Below are positions 1 through 13,903 of a DNA stretch of 64,000 bases, piece by piece. Source of the stretch: Auanema rhodensis (lineage: Eukaryota; Animalia; Nematoda); the NCBI GenBank assembly GCA_964057225.1, contig CAXKVF010000085.1, positions 239,303-303,302 on the forward strand. Direction: 5' to 3'. Within the stretch, counting starts at the first letter, position 1. The number at the start of each line of letters is the position of its first letter. The notes below the pieces were generated by a model. The model saw only the letters and a program-made list of their open reading frames with translations. It did not search any database and had not been told where the DNA came from. The position numbers were made by a program, and so were the translations under genes.

Positions 1-1760
1 TGTGCACTTGGTATGTAACTCGCTTCACGTGAAAGATAAAGAGATGCGGTTTTCAAAATTAGATTCCTCATGTCCATATTAGTCTAAAAACAAATTTTTA
101 TTGATATTGGTGCATGGTAACCATGACTTTGAAATTTACGTGAACTTTAATTTATGCTAATTAAATGTACACGTGATGTGCACTTGGTATGTAACTCGCT
201 TCACGTGAAAGATAAAGAGATGCGGTTTTCAAAATTAGATTCCTCATGTCCATATTAGTCTAAAAACAAATTTTTATTGATATTGGTGCATGGTAACCAT
301 GACTTTGAAATTTACGTGAACTTTAATTTATGCTAATTAAATGTACACGTGATGTGCACTTGGTATGTAACTCGCTTCACGTGAAAGATAAAGAGATGCG
401 GTTTTCAAAATTAGATTCCCCATGTCCATATTAGTCTACAAAAAAATTTTTATTGATATTGGTGCATGGTAACCATGACTTTGAAATTTACGTGAACTTT
501 AATTTATGCTAATTAAATGTACACTTGATGTGCACTTGGTATGTAACTCGCTTCACGTGAAAGATAAAGAGATGCGGTTTTCAAAATTAGATTCCCCATG
601 TCCATATTAGTCTAAAAACAAATTTTTATTGATATTGGTGCATGGTAACCATGACTTTGAAATTTACGTGAACTTTAATTTATGCTAATTAAATGTACAC
701 GTGATGTGCACTTGGTATGTAACTCGCTTCACGTGAAAGATAAAGAGATGCGGTTTTCAAAATTAGATTCCCCATGTCCATATTAGTCTAAAAACAAATT
801 TTTATTGATATTGGTTCATGGTAACCATGACTTTGAAATTTACGTGAACTATAATTTATGCTAATTAAATGTACACGTGATGTGCACTTGGTATGTAACT
901 CGCTTCACGTGAAAGATAAAGAGATGCGGTTTTCAAAATTAGATTCCCCATGTCCATATTAGTCTAAAAACAAATTTTTATTGATATTGCTTCATGGTAA
1001 CCATGACTTTGAAATTTACGTGAGCTTTAATTTATGCTAATTAAATGTACACGTGATGTGCACTTGGTATGTAACTTGCTTCACGTGAAAGATAAAGAGA
1101 TGCGGTTTTCAAAATTAGATTCCCCATGTCAATATTAGTCTAAAAACAAATTTTTATTGATATTGGTGCGTGGTAACCATGACTTTGAAATTTACGTGAA
1201 CTTTAATTTATGCTAATTAAATGTACACGTGATGTGCACTTGGTATGTAACTCGCTTCACGTGAAAGATAAAGAGATGCGGTTTTCAAAATTAGATTCCC
1301 CATGTCCATATTAGTCTAAAAACAAAATTTTATTGATATTGGTGCATGGTAACCATGACTTTGAAATTTACGTGAACTTTAATTTATGCTAATTAAATGT
1401 ACACGTGATGTGCACTTGGTATGTAACTCGCTTCACGTGAAAGATAAAGAGATGCGGTTTTCAAAATTAGATTCCCCATGTCCATATTAGTCTAAAAACA
1501 AATTTTTATTGATATTGGTGCATGGTAACCATGACTTTGAAATTTACGTGAACTTTAATTTATGCTAATTAAATGTACACGTGATGTGCACTTGGTATGT
1601 AACTCGCTTCACGTGAAAGATAAAGAGATGCGGTTTTCAAAATTAGATTCCTCATGTCCATATTAGTCTAAAAACAAATTTTTATTGATATTGGTGCATG
1701 GTAACCATGACTTTGAAATTTACGTGAACTTTAATTTATGCTAATTAAATGTACACGTGA

Positions 1761-3520
1761 TGTGCACTTGGTATGTAACTCGCTTCACGTGAAAGATAAA
1801 GAGATGCGGTTTTCAAAGTTAGATTCCCCATGTCCATATTAGTCTAAAAACGAATTTTTATTGATATTGGTGCATGGTAACCACGACTTTGAAATTTACG
1901 TGAACTTTAATTTATGCTAATTAAATGTACACGTGATGTGCACTTGGTATGTAACTCGCTTCACGTGAAAGATAAAGAGATGCGGTTTTCAAAATTAGAT
2001 TCCCCATGTCCATATTAGTCTAAAAACTAATTTTTATTGATATTGGTGCATGGTAACCATGACTTTGAAATTTACGTGAACTTTAATTTATGCTAATTAA
2101 ATGTACACGTGATGTGCACTTGGTATGTAACTCGCTTCACGTGAAAGATAAAGAGATGCGGTTTTCAAAATTAGATTCCCCATGTCCATATTAGTCTAAA
2201 AACGAATTTTTATTGATATTGGTGCATGTTAACCACGACTTTGAAATTTACGTGAACTTTAATTTATGCTAATTAAATGTACACGTGATGTGCACTTGGT
2301 ATGTAACTCGCTTCACGTGAAAGATAAAGAGATGCGGTTTTCAAAATTAGATTCCTCATGTCCATATTAGTCTAAAAACAAATTTTTATTGATATTGGTG
2401 CATGGTAACCATGACTTTGAAATTTACGTGAACTTTAATTTATGCTAATTAAATGTACACGTGATGTGCACTTGGTATGTAACTCGCTTCACGTGAAAGA
2501 TAAAGAGATGCGGTTTTCAAAATTAGATTCCTCATGTCCATATTAGTCTAAAAACAAATTTTTATTGATATTGGTGCATGGTAACCATGATTTTGAAATT
2601 TACGTGAACTTTAATTTATGCTAATTAAATGTACACGTGATGTGCACTTGGTATGTAACTCGCTTCACGTGAAAGATAAAGAGATGCGGTTTTCAAAGTT
2701 AGATTCCCCATGTCCATATTAGTCTAAAAACGAATTTTTGTTGATATTGGTGCATGGTAACCACGACTTTGAAATTTACGTGAACTTTAATTTATGCTAA
2801 TTAAATGTACACGTGATGTGCACTTGGTATGTAACTCGCTTCACGTGAAAGATAAAGAGATGCGGTTTTCAAAATTAGATTCCCCATGTCCATATTAGTC
2901 TAAAAACTAATTTTTATTGATATTGGTGCATGGTAACCATGACTTTGAAATTTACGTGAACTTTAATTTATGCTAATTAAATGTACACGTGATGTGCACT
3001 TGGTATGTAACTCGCTTCACGTGAAAGATAGAGAGATGCGGTTTTCAAAATTAGATTCCCCATGTCCATATTAGTCTAAAAACGAATTTTTATTGATATT
3101 GGTGCATGGTAACCACGACTTTGAAATTTACGTGAACTTTAATTTATGCTAATTAAATGTACACGTGATGTGCACTTGGTATGTAACTCGCTTCACGTGA
3201 AAGATAAAGAGATGCGGTTTTCAAAATTAGATTCCTCATGTCCATATTAGTCTAAAAACAAATTTTTATTGATATTGGTGCATGGTAACCATGACTTTGA
3301 AATTTACGTGAACTTTAATTTATGCTAATTAAATGTACACGTGATGTGCACTTGGTATGTAACTCGCTTCACGTGAAAGATAAAGAGATGCGGTTTTCAA
3401 AATTAGATTCCTCATGTCCATATTAGTCTAAAAACAAATTTTTATTGATATTGGTGCATGGTAACCATGATTTTGAAATTTACGTGAACTTTAATTTATG
3501 CTAATTAAATGTACACGTGA
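1761..3520. repeat. 5-mer higher-order repeat, 2 copies (880 bp each: 1761-2640, 2641-3520)
   Basis: Ordered variant series [A58G+A92G+T124C],[A92T],[A92G+T124C],[C68T],[C68T+C127T] occurs twice, with private changes G117T, A100G and A39G. Confidence 0.9.
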
Positions 3521-4048
3521 TGTGCACTTGGTATGTAACTCGCTTCACGTGAAAGATAAAGAGATGCGGTTTTCAAAATTAGATTCCCTATGTCCATATT
3601 AGTCTAAAAAAAAATTTTTATTGATATTGGTGCATGGTAACCATGACTTTGAAATTTACGTGAACTTTAATTTATGCTAATTAAATGTACACTTGATGTG
3701 CACTTGGTATGTAACTCGCTTCACGTGAAAGATAAAGAGATGCGGTTTTCAAAATTAGATTCCCCATGTCCATATTAGTCTAAAAACAAATTTTTATTGA
3801 TATTGGTGCATGGTAACCATGACTTTGAAATTTACGTGAACTTTAATTTATGCTAATTAAATGTACACGTGATGTGCACTTGGTATGTAACTCGCTTCAC
3901 GTGAAAGATAAAGAGATGCGGTTTTCAAAATTAGATTCCCCATGTCCATATTAGTCTAAAAACAAATTTTTATTGATATTGCTTCATGGTAACCATGACT
4001 TTGAAATTTACGTGAACTTTAATTTATGCTAATTAAATGTACACGTGA

Positions 4049-7000
4049 TGTGCACTTGGTATGTAACTCGCTTCACGTGAAAGATAAAGAGATGCGGTTT
4101 TCAAAATTAGATTCCCCATGTCCATATTAGTCTAAAAACAAATTTTTATTGATATTGGTGCATGGTAACCATGACTTTGAAATTTACGTGAACTTTAATT
4201 TATGCTAATTAAATGTACACGTGATGTGCACTTGGTATGTAACTCGCTTCACGTGAAAGATAAAGAGATGCGGTTTTCAAAATTAGATTCCCCATGTCCA
4301 TATTAGTCTAAAAACAAATTTTTATTGATATTGGTGCATGGTAACCATGACTTTGAAATTTACGTGAACTTTAATTTATGCTAATTAAATGTACACGTGA
4401 TGTGCACTTGGTATGTAACTCGCTTCACGTGAAAGATAAAGAGATGCGGTTTTCAAAATTAGATTCCTCATGTCCATATTAGTCTAAAAACAAATTTTTA
4501 TTGATATTGGTGCATGGTAACCATGACTTTGAAATTTACGTGAACTTTAATTTATGCTAATTAAATGTACACGTGATGTGCACTTGGTATGTAACTCGCT
4601 TCACGTGAAAGATAAAGAGATGCGGTTTTCAAAATTAGATTCCCCATGTCCATATTAGTCTAAAAACAAATTTTTATTGATATTGGTGCATGGTAACCAT
4701 GACTTTGAAATTTACGTGAACTTTAATTTATGCTAATTAAATGTACACGTGATGTGCACTTGGTATGTAACTCGCTTCACGTGAAAGATAAAGAGATGCG
4801 GTTTTCAAAATTAGATTCCTCATGTCCATATTAGTCTAAAAACAAATTTTTATTGATATTGGTGCATGGTAACCATGACTTTGAAATTTACGTGAACTTT
4901 AATTTATGCTAATTAAATGTACACGTGATGTGCACTTGGTATGTAACTCGCTTCACGTGAAAGATAAAGAGATGCGGTTTTCAAAATTAGATTCCCCATG
5001 TCCATATTAGTCTAAAAACAAATTTTTATTGATATTGGTGCATGGTAACCATGATTTTGAAATTTACGTGAACTTTAATTTATGCTAATTAAATGTACAC
5101 GTGATGTGCACTTGGTATGTAACTCGCTTCACGTGAAAGATAAAGAGATGCGGTTTTCAAAATTAGATTCCCCATGTCCATATTAGTCTAAAAACAAATT
5201 TTTATTGATATTGGTTCATGGTAACCATGACTTTGAAATTTACGTGAACTTTAATTTATGCTAATTAAATGTACACGTGATGTGCACTTGGTATGTAACT
5301 CGCTTCACGTGAAAGATAAAGAGATGCGGTTTTCAAAATTAGATTCCCCATGTCCATATTAGTCTAAAAACAAATTTTTATTGATATTGGTGCATGGTAA
5401 CCATGACTTTGAAATTTACGTGAACTTTAATTTATGCTAATTAAATGTACACGTGATGTGCACTTGGTATGTAACTCGCTTCACGTGAAAGATAAAGAGA
5501 TGCGGTTTTCAAAATTAGATTCCCCATGTCCATATTAGTCTAAAAACAAATTTTTATTGATATTGGTGCATGGTAACCATGACTTTGAAATTTACGTGAA
5601 CTTTAATTTATGCTAATTAAATGTACACGTGATGTGCACTTGGTATGTAACTCGCTTCACGTGAAAGATAAAGAGATGCGGTTTTCAAAATTAGATTCCT
5701 CATGTCCATATTAGTCTAAAAACAAATTTTTATTGATATTGGTGCATGGTAACCATGACTTTGAAATTTACGTGAACTTTAATTTATGCTAATTAAATGT
5801 ACACGTGATGTGCACTTGGTATGTAACTCGCTTCACGTGAAAGATAAAGAGATGCGGTTTTCAAAATTAGATTCCCCATGTCCATATTAGTCTAAAAACA
5901 AATTTTTATTGATATTGGTGCATGGTAACCATGACTTTGAAATTTACGTGAACTTTAATTTATGCTAATTAAATGTACACGTGATGTGCACTTGGTATGT
6001 AACTCGCTTCACGTGAAAGATAAAGAGATGCGGTTTTCAAAATTAGATTCCTCATGTCCATATTAGTCTAAAAACAAATTTTTATTGATATTGGTGCATG
6101 GTAACCATGACTTTGAAATTTACGTGAACTTTAATTTATGCTAATTAAATGTACACGTGATGTGCACTTGGTATGTAACTCGCTTCACGTGAAAGATAAA
6201 GAGATGCGGTTTTCAAAATTAGATTCCCCATGTCCATATTAGTCTAAAAACAAATTTTTATTGATATTGGTGCATGGTAACCATGATTTTGAAATTTACG
6301 TGAACTTTAATTTATGCTAATTAAATGTACACGTGATGTGCACTTGGTATGTAACTCGCTTCACGTGAAAGATAAAGAGATGCGGTTTTCAAAATTAGAT
6401 TCCCCATGTCCATATTAGTCTAAAAACAAATTTTTATTGATATTGGTTCATGGTAACCATGACTTTGAAATTTACGTGAACTTTAATTTATGCTAATTAA
6501 ATGTACACGTGATGTGCACTTGGTATGTAACTCGCTTCACGTGAAAGATAAAGAGATGCGGTTTTCAAAATTAGATTCCCCATGTCCATATTAGTCTAAA
6601 AACAAATTTTTATTGATATTGGTGCATGGTAACCATGACTTTGAAATTTACGTGAACTTTAATTTATGCTAATTAAATGTACACGTGATGTGCACTTGGT
6701 ATGTAACTCGCTTCACGTGAAAGATAAAGAGATGCGGTTTTCAAAATTAGATTCCCCATGTCCATATTAGTCTAAAAACAAATTTTTATTGATATTGGTG
6801 CATGGTAACCATGACTTTGAAATTTACGTGAACTTTAATTTATGCTAATTAAATGTACACGTGATGTGCACTTGGTATGTAACTCGCTTCACGTGAAAGA
6901 TAAAGAGATGCGGTTTTCAAAATTAGATTCCTCATGTCCATATTAGTCTAAAAACAAATTTTTATTGATATTGGTGCATGGTAACCATGACTTTGAAATT

Positions 7001-7920
7001 TACGTGAACTTTAATTTATGCTAATTAAATGTACACGTGATGTGCACTTGGTATGTAACTCGCTTCACGTGAAAGATAAAGAGATGCGGTTTTCAAAATT
7101 AGATTCCTCATGTCCATATTAGTCTAAAAACAAATTTTTATTGATATTGGTGCATGGTAACCATGACTTTGAAATTTACGTGAACTTTAATTTATGCTAA
7201 TTAAATGTACACGTGATGTGCACTTGGTATGTAACTCGCTTCACGTGAAAGATAAAGAGATGCGGTTTTCAAAATTAGATTCCCCATGTCCATATTAGTC
7301 TAAAAACAAATTTTTATTGATATTGGTGCATGGTAACCATGACTTTGAAATTTACGTGAACTTTAATTTATGCTAATTAAATGTACACGTGATGTGCACT
7401 TGGTATGTAACTCGCTTCACGTGAAAGATAAAGAGATGCGGTTTTCAAAATTAGATTCCTCATGTCCATATTAGTCTAAAAACAAATTTTTATTGATATT
7501 GGTGCATGGTAACCATGACTTTGAAATTTACGTGAACTTTAATTTATGCTAATTAAATGTACACGTGATGTGCACTTGGTATGTAACTCGCTTCACGTGA
7601 AAGATAAAGAGATGCGGTTTTCAAAATTAGATTCCCCATGTCCATATTAGTCTAAAAACAAATTTTTATTGATATTGGTGCATGGTAACCATGATTTTGA
7701 AATTTACGTGAACTTTAATTTATGCTAATTAAATGTACACGTGATGTGCACTTGGTATGTAACTCGCTTCACGTGAAAGATAAAGAGATGCGGTTTTCAA
7801 AATTAGATTCCCCATGTCCATATTAGTCTAAAAACAAATTTTTATTGATATTGGTTCATGGTAACCATGACTTTGAAATTTACGTGAACTTTAATTTATG
7901 CTAATTAAATGTACACGTGA
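4049..7920. repeat. 7-mer higher-order repeat, 3 copies (1232, 1232 and 1408 bp; third copy has one extra C68T monomer)
   Basis: Series cons,cons,C68T,cons,C68T,C127T,G112T at 4049-5280 and 5281-6512, repeated at 6513-7920 with a doubled C68T monomer. Confidence 0.85.
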
Positions 7921-10900
7921 TGTGCACTTGGTATGTAACTCGCTTCACGTGAAAGATAAAGAGATGCGGTTTTCAAAATTAGATTCCCCATGTCCATATT
8001 AGTCTAAAAACAAATTTTTATTGATATTGCTTCATGGTAACCATGACTTTGAAATTTACGTGAACTTTAATTTATGCTAATTAAATGTACACGTGATGTG
8101 CACTTGGTATGTAACTCGCTTCACGTGAAAGATAAAGAGATGCGGTTTTCAAAATTAGATTCCCCATGTCCATATTAGTCTAAAAACAAATTTTTATTGA
8201 TATTGGTGCATGGTAACCATGACTTTGAAATTTACGTGAACTTTAATTTATGCTAATTAAATGTACACGTGATGTGCACTTGGTATGTAACTCGCTTCAC
8301 GTGAAAGATAAAGAGATGCGGTTTTCAAAATTAGATTCCTCATGTCCATATTAGTCTAAAAACAAATTTTTATTGATATTGGTGCATGGTAACCATGATT
8401 TTGAAATTTACGTGAACTTTAATTTATGCTAATTAAATGTACACGTGATGTGCACTTGGTATGTAACTCGCTTCACGTGAAAGATAAAGAGATGCGGTTT
8501 TCAAAATTAGATTCCCCATGTCCATATTAGTCTAAAAAAAAATTTTTATTGATATTGGTGCATGGTAACCATGACTTTGAAATTTACGTGAACTTTAATT
8601 TATGCTAATTAAATGTACACTTGATGTGCACTTGGTATGTAACTCGCTTCACGTGAAAGATAAAGAGATGCGGTTTTCAAAATTAGATTCCCCATGTCCA
8701 TATTAGTCTAAAAACAAATTTTTATTGATATTGGTTCATGGTAACCATGACTTTGAAATTTACGTGAACTTTAATTTATGCTAATTAAATGTACACGTGA
8801 TGTGCACTTGGTATGTAACTCGCTTCACGTGAAAGATAAAGAGATGCGGTTTTCAAAATTAGATTCCCCATGTCCATATTAGTCTAAAAACAAATTTTTA
8901 TTGATATTGCTTCATGGTAACCATGACTTTGAAATTTACGTGAACTTTAATTTATGCTAATTAAATGTACACGTGATGTGCACTTGGTATGTAACTCGCT
9001 TCACGTGAAAGATAAAGAGATGCGGTTTTCAAAATTAGATTCCCCATGTCCATATTAGTCTAAAAACAAATTTTTATTGATATTGGTGCATGGTAACCAT
9101 GACTTTGAAATTTACGTGAACTTTAATTTATGCTAATTAAATGTACACGTGATGTGCACTTGGTATGTAACTCGCTTCACGTGAAAGATAAAGAGATGCG
9201 GTTTTCAAAATTAGATTCCCCATGTCCATATTAGTCTAAAAACAAATTTTTATTGATATTGGTGCATGGTAACCATGACTTTGAAATTTACGTGAACTTT
9301 AATTTATGCTAATTAAATGTACACTTGATGTGCACTTGGTATGTAACTCGCTTCACGTGAAAGATGAAGAGATGCGGTTCTCAAAATTAGATTCCCCATG
9401 TCCATATTAGTCTAAAAACAAATTTTTATTGATATTGGTGCATGGTAACCATGACTTTGAAATTTACGTGAACTTTAATTTATGCTAATTAAATGTACAC
9501 GTGATGTGCACTTGGTATGTAACTCGCTTCACGTGAAAGATAAAGAGATGCGGTTTTCAAAATTAGATTCCCCATGTCCATATTAGTCTAAAACAAATTT
9601 TTATTGATATTGGTTCATGGTAACCATGACTTTGAAATTTACGTGAACTTTAATTTATGCTAATTAAATGTACACGTGATGTGCACTTGGTATGTAACTC
9701 GCTTCACGTGAAAGATAAAGAGATGCGGTTTTCAAAATTAGATTCCCCATGTCCATATTAGTCTAAAAACAAATTTTTATTGATATTGGTGCATGGTAAC
9801 CATGACTTTGAAATTTACGTGAACTTTAATTTATGCTAATTAAATGTACACGTGATGTGCACTTGGTATGTAACTCGCTTCACGTGAAAGATAAAGAGAT
9901 GCGGTTTTCAAAATTAGATTCCCCATGTCCATATTAGTCTAAAAACAAATTTCTATTGATATTGGTGCATGGTAACCATGACTTTGAAATTTACGTTAAC
10001 TTTAATTTATGCTAATTAAATGTACACTTGATGTGCACTTGGTATGTAACTCTCTTCACGTGAAAGATGAAGAGATGCGGTTTTCAAAATTAGATTCCCC
10101 ATGTCCATATTAGTCTAAAAACAAATTTTTATTAATATTGGTGCATGGTAACCATGACTTTGAAATTTACGTGAACTTTAATTTATGCTAATTAAATGTA
10201 CACGTGATGTGCACTTGGTATGTAACTCGCTTCACGTGAAAGATAAAGAGATGCGGTTTTCAAAATTAGATTCCCCATGTCCATATTAGTCTAAAAACAA
10301 ATTTTTATTGATATTGGTGCATGGTAACCATGACTTTGAAATTTACGTGAACTTTAATTTATGCTAATTAAATGTACACGTGATGTGCACTTGGTATGTA
10401 ACTCGCTTCACGTGAAAGATAAAGAGATGCGGTTTTCAAAATTAGATTCCCCATGTCCATATTAGTCTAAAAACAAATTTTTATTGATATTGCTTCATGG
10501 TAACCATGACTTTGAAATTTACGTGAACTTTAATTTATGCTAATTAAATGTACACGTGATGTGCACTTGGTATGTAACTCGCTTCACGTGAAAGATAAAG
10601 AGATGCGGTTTTCAAAATTAGATTCCCCATGTCCATATTAGTCTAAAAACAAATTTTTATTGATATTGGTGCATGGTAACCATGACTTTGAAATTTACGT
10701 GAACTTTAATTTATGCTAATTAAATGTACACGTGATGTGCACTTGGTATGTAACTCGCTTCACGTGAAAGATAAAGAGATGCGGTTTTCAAAATTAGATT
10801 CCCCATGTCCATATTAGTCTAAAAACAAATTTTTATTGATATTGGTGCATGGTAACCATGACTTTGAAATTTACGTGAACTTTAATTTATGCTAATTAAA

Positions 10901-11791
10901 TGTACACTTGATGTGCACTTGGTATGTAACTCGCTTCACGTGAAAGATGAAGAGATGCGGTTCTCAAAATTAGATTCCCCATGTCCATATTAGTCTAAAA
11001 ACAAATTTTTATTGATATTGGTGCATGGTAACCATGACTTTGAAATTTACGTGAACTTTAATTTATGCTAATTAAATGTACACGTGATGTGCACTTGGTA
11101 TGTAACTCGCTTCACGTGAAAGATAAAGAGATGCGGTTTTCAAAATTAGATTCCCCATGTCCATATTAGTCTAAAAACAAATTTTTATTGATATTGGTGC
11201 ATGGTAACCATGACTTTGAAATTTACGTGAACTTTAATTTATGCTAATTAAATGTACACGTGATGTGCACTTGGTATGTAACTCGCTTCACGTGAAAGAT
11301 AAAGAAATGCGGTTTTCAAAATTAGATTCCCCATGTCCATATTAGTCTAAAAACAAATTTTTATTGATATTGGTGCATGGTAACCATGACTTTGAAATTT
11401 ACGTGAACTTTAATTTATGCTAATTAAATGTACACTTGATGTGCACTTGGTATGTAACTCGCTTCACGTGAAAGATGAAGAGATGCGGTTTTCAAAATTA
11501 GATTCCCCTTGTCCATATTAGTCTAAAAACAAATTTTTATTGATATTGGTGCATGGTAACCATGACTTTGAAATTTACGTGAACTTTAATTTATGCTAAT
11601 TAAATGTACACGTGATGTGCACTTGGTATGTAACTCGCTTCACGTGAAAGATAAAGAGATGCGGTTTTCAAAATTAGATTCCCCATGTCCATATTAGTCT
11701 AAAAACAAATTTTTATTGATATTGGTGCATGGTAACCATGACTTTGAAATTTACGTGAACTTTAATTTATGCTAATTAAATGTACACTTGA

Positions 11792-13903
11792 TGTGCACTT
11801 GGTATGTAACTCGCTTCACGTAAAAGATGAAGAGATGCGGTTCTCAAAATTAGATTCCCCATGTCCATATTAGTCTAAAAACAAATTTTTATTGATATTG
11901 GTGCATGGTAACCATGACTTTGAAATTTACGTGAACTTTAATTTATGCTAATTAAATGTACACGTGATGTGCACTTGGTATGTAACTCGCTTCACGTGAA
12001 AGATAAAGAGATGCGGTTTTCAAAATTAGATTCCCCATGTCCATATTAGTCTAAAAACAAATTTTTATTGATATTGGTGCATCGTAACCATGACTTTGAA
12101 ATTTACGTGAACTTTAATTTATGCTAATTAAATGTACACGTGATGTGCACTTGGTATGTAACTCGCTTCACGTGAAAGATAAAGAGATGCGGTTTTCAAA
12201 ATTAGATTCCCCATATCCATATTAGTCTAAAAACAAATTTTTATTGATATTGGTGCATGGTAACCATGACTTTGAAATTTACGTGAACTTTAATTTATGC
12301 TAATTAAATGTACACGTGATGTGCACTTGGTATGTAACTCGCTTCACGTGAAAGATAAAGAAATGCGGTTTTCAAAATTAGATTCCCCATGTCCATATTA
12401 GTCTAAAAACAAATTTTTATTGATATTGGTGCATGGTAACCATGACTTTGAAATTTACGTGAACTTTAATTTATGCTTATTAAATGTACACTTGATGTGC
12501 ACTTGGTATGTAACTCGCTTCACGTGAAAGATAAAGAGATGCGGTTTTCAAAATTAGATTCCCCATGTCCATATTAGTCTAAAAACAAATTGTTATTGAT
12601 ATTGGTGCATGGTAACCATGACTTTGAAATTTACGTGAACTTTAATTTATGCTAATTAAATGTACACTTGATGTGCACTTGGTATGTAACTCGCTTCACG
12701 TAAAAGATGAAGAGATGCGGTTCTCAAAATTAGATTCCCCATGTCCATATTAGTCTAAAAACAAATTTTTATTGATATTGGTGCATGGTAACCATGACTT
12801 TGAAATTTACGTGAACTTTAATTTATGCTAATTAAATGTACACTTGATGTGCACTTGGTATGTAACTCGCTTCACGTAAAAGATGAAGAGATGCGGTTCT
12901 CAAAATTAGATTCCCCATGTCCATATTAGTCTAAAAACAAATTTTTATTGATATTGGTGCATGGTAACCATGACTTTGAAATTTACGTGAACTTTAATTT
13001 ATGCTAATTAAATGTACACGTGATGTGCACTTGGTATGTAACTCGCTTCACGTGAAAGATAAAGAGATGCGGTTTTCAAAATTAGATTCCCCATGTCCAT
13101 ATTAGTCTAAAAACAAATTTTTATTGATATTGGTGCATGGTAACCATGACTTTGAAATTTACGTGAACTTTAATTTATGCTAATTAAATGTACACGTGAT
13201 GTGCACTTGGTATGTAACTCGCTTCACGTGAAAGATAAAGAGATGCGGTTTTCAAAATTAGATTCCCCATATCCATATTAGTCTAAAAACAAATTTTTAT
13301 TGATATTGGTGCATGGTAACCATGACTTTGAAATTTACGTGAACTTTAATTTATGCTAATTAAATGTACACGTGATGTGCACTTGGTATGTAACTCGCTT
13401 CACGTGAAAGATAAAGAAATGCGGTTTTCAAAATTAGATTCCCCATGTCCATATTAGTCTAAAAACAAATTTTTATTGATATTGGTGCATGGTAACCATG
13501 ACTTTGAAATTTACGTGAACTTTAATTTATGCTTATTAAATGTACACTTGATGTGCACTTGGTATGTAACTCGCTTCACGTGAAAGATAAAGAGATGCGG
13601 TTTTCAAAATTAGATTCCCCATGTCCATATTAGTCTAAAAACAAATTGTTATTGATATTGGTGCATGGTAACCATGACTTTGAAATTTACGTGAACTTTA
13701 ATTTATGCTAATTAAATGTACACTTGATGTGCACTTGGTATGTAACTCGCTTCACGTAAAAGATGAAGAGATGCGGTTCTCAAAATTAGATTCCCCATGT
13801 CCATATTAGTCTAAAAACAAATTTTTATTGATATTGGTGCATGGTAACCATGACTTTGAAATTTACGTGAACTTTAATTTATGCTAATTAAATGTACACG
13901 TGA
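11792..13903. repeat. 6-mer higher-order repeat, 2 copies (1056 bp each)
   Basis: Series [G31A+A38G+T52C],~cons,[G72A],[G43A+A159T+G173T],[T97G+G173T],[G31A+A38G+T52C] at 11792-12847 and 12848-13903. Confidence 0.88.

Noticed and set aside
529-704. CENP-B box
   Set aside because: The core TTCG....A..CGGG is absent from the consensus on both strands.
698-705. Budding-yeast point centromere (CDEI-like ATCACGTG on the minus strand)
   Set aside because: There is no >90% AT CDEII or recognisable CDEIII, and point centromeres are single-copy. The 8-bp match is kept only as a generic bHLH-type motif.
8801-11087. 9-mer HOR (series G110C+G112T, cons, G173T, A38G+T52C at 8801 and 10384)
   Set aside because: Only four monomers match in order and the following ones differ. 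It is probably a relic duplication but too weak to call as a HOR feature.
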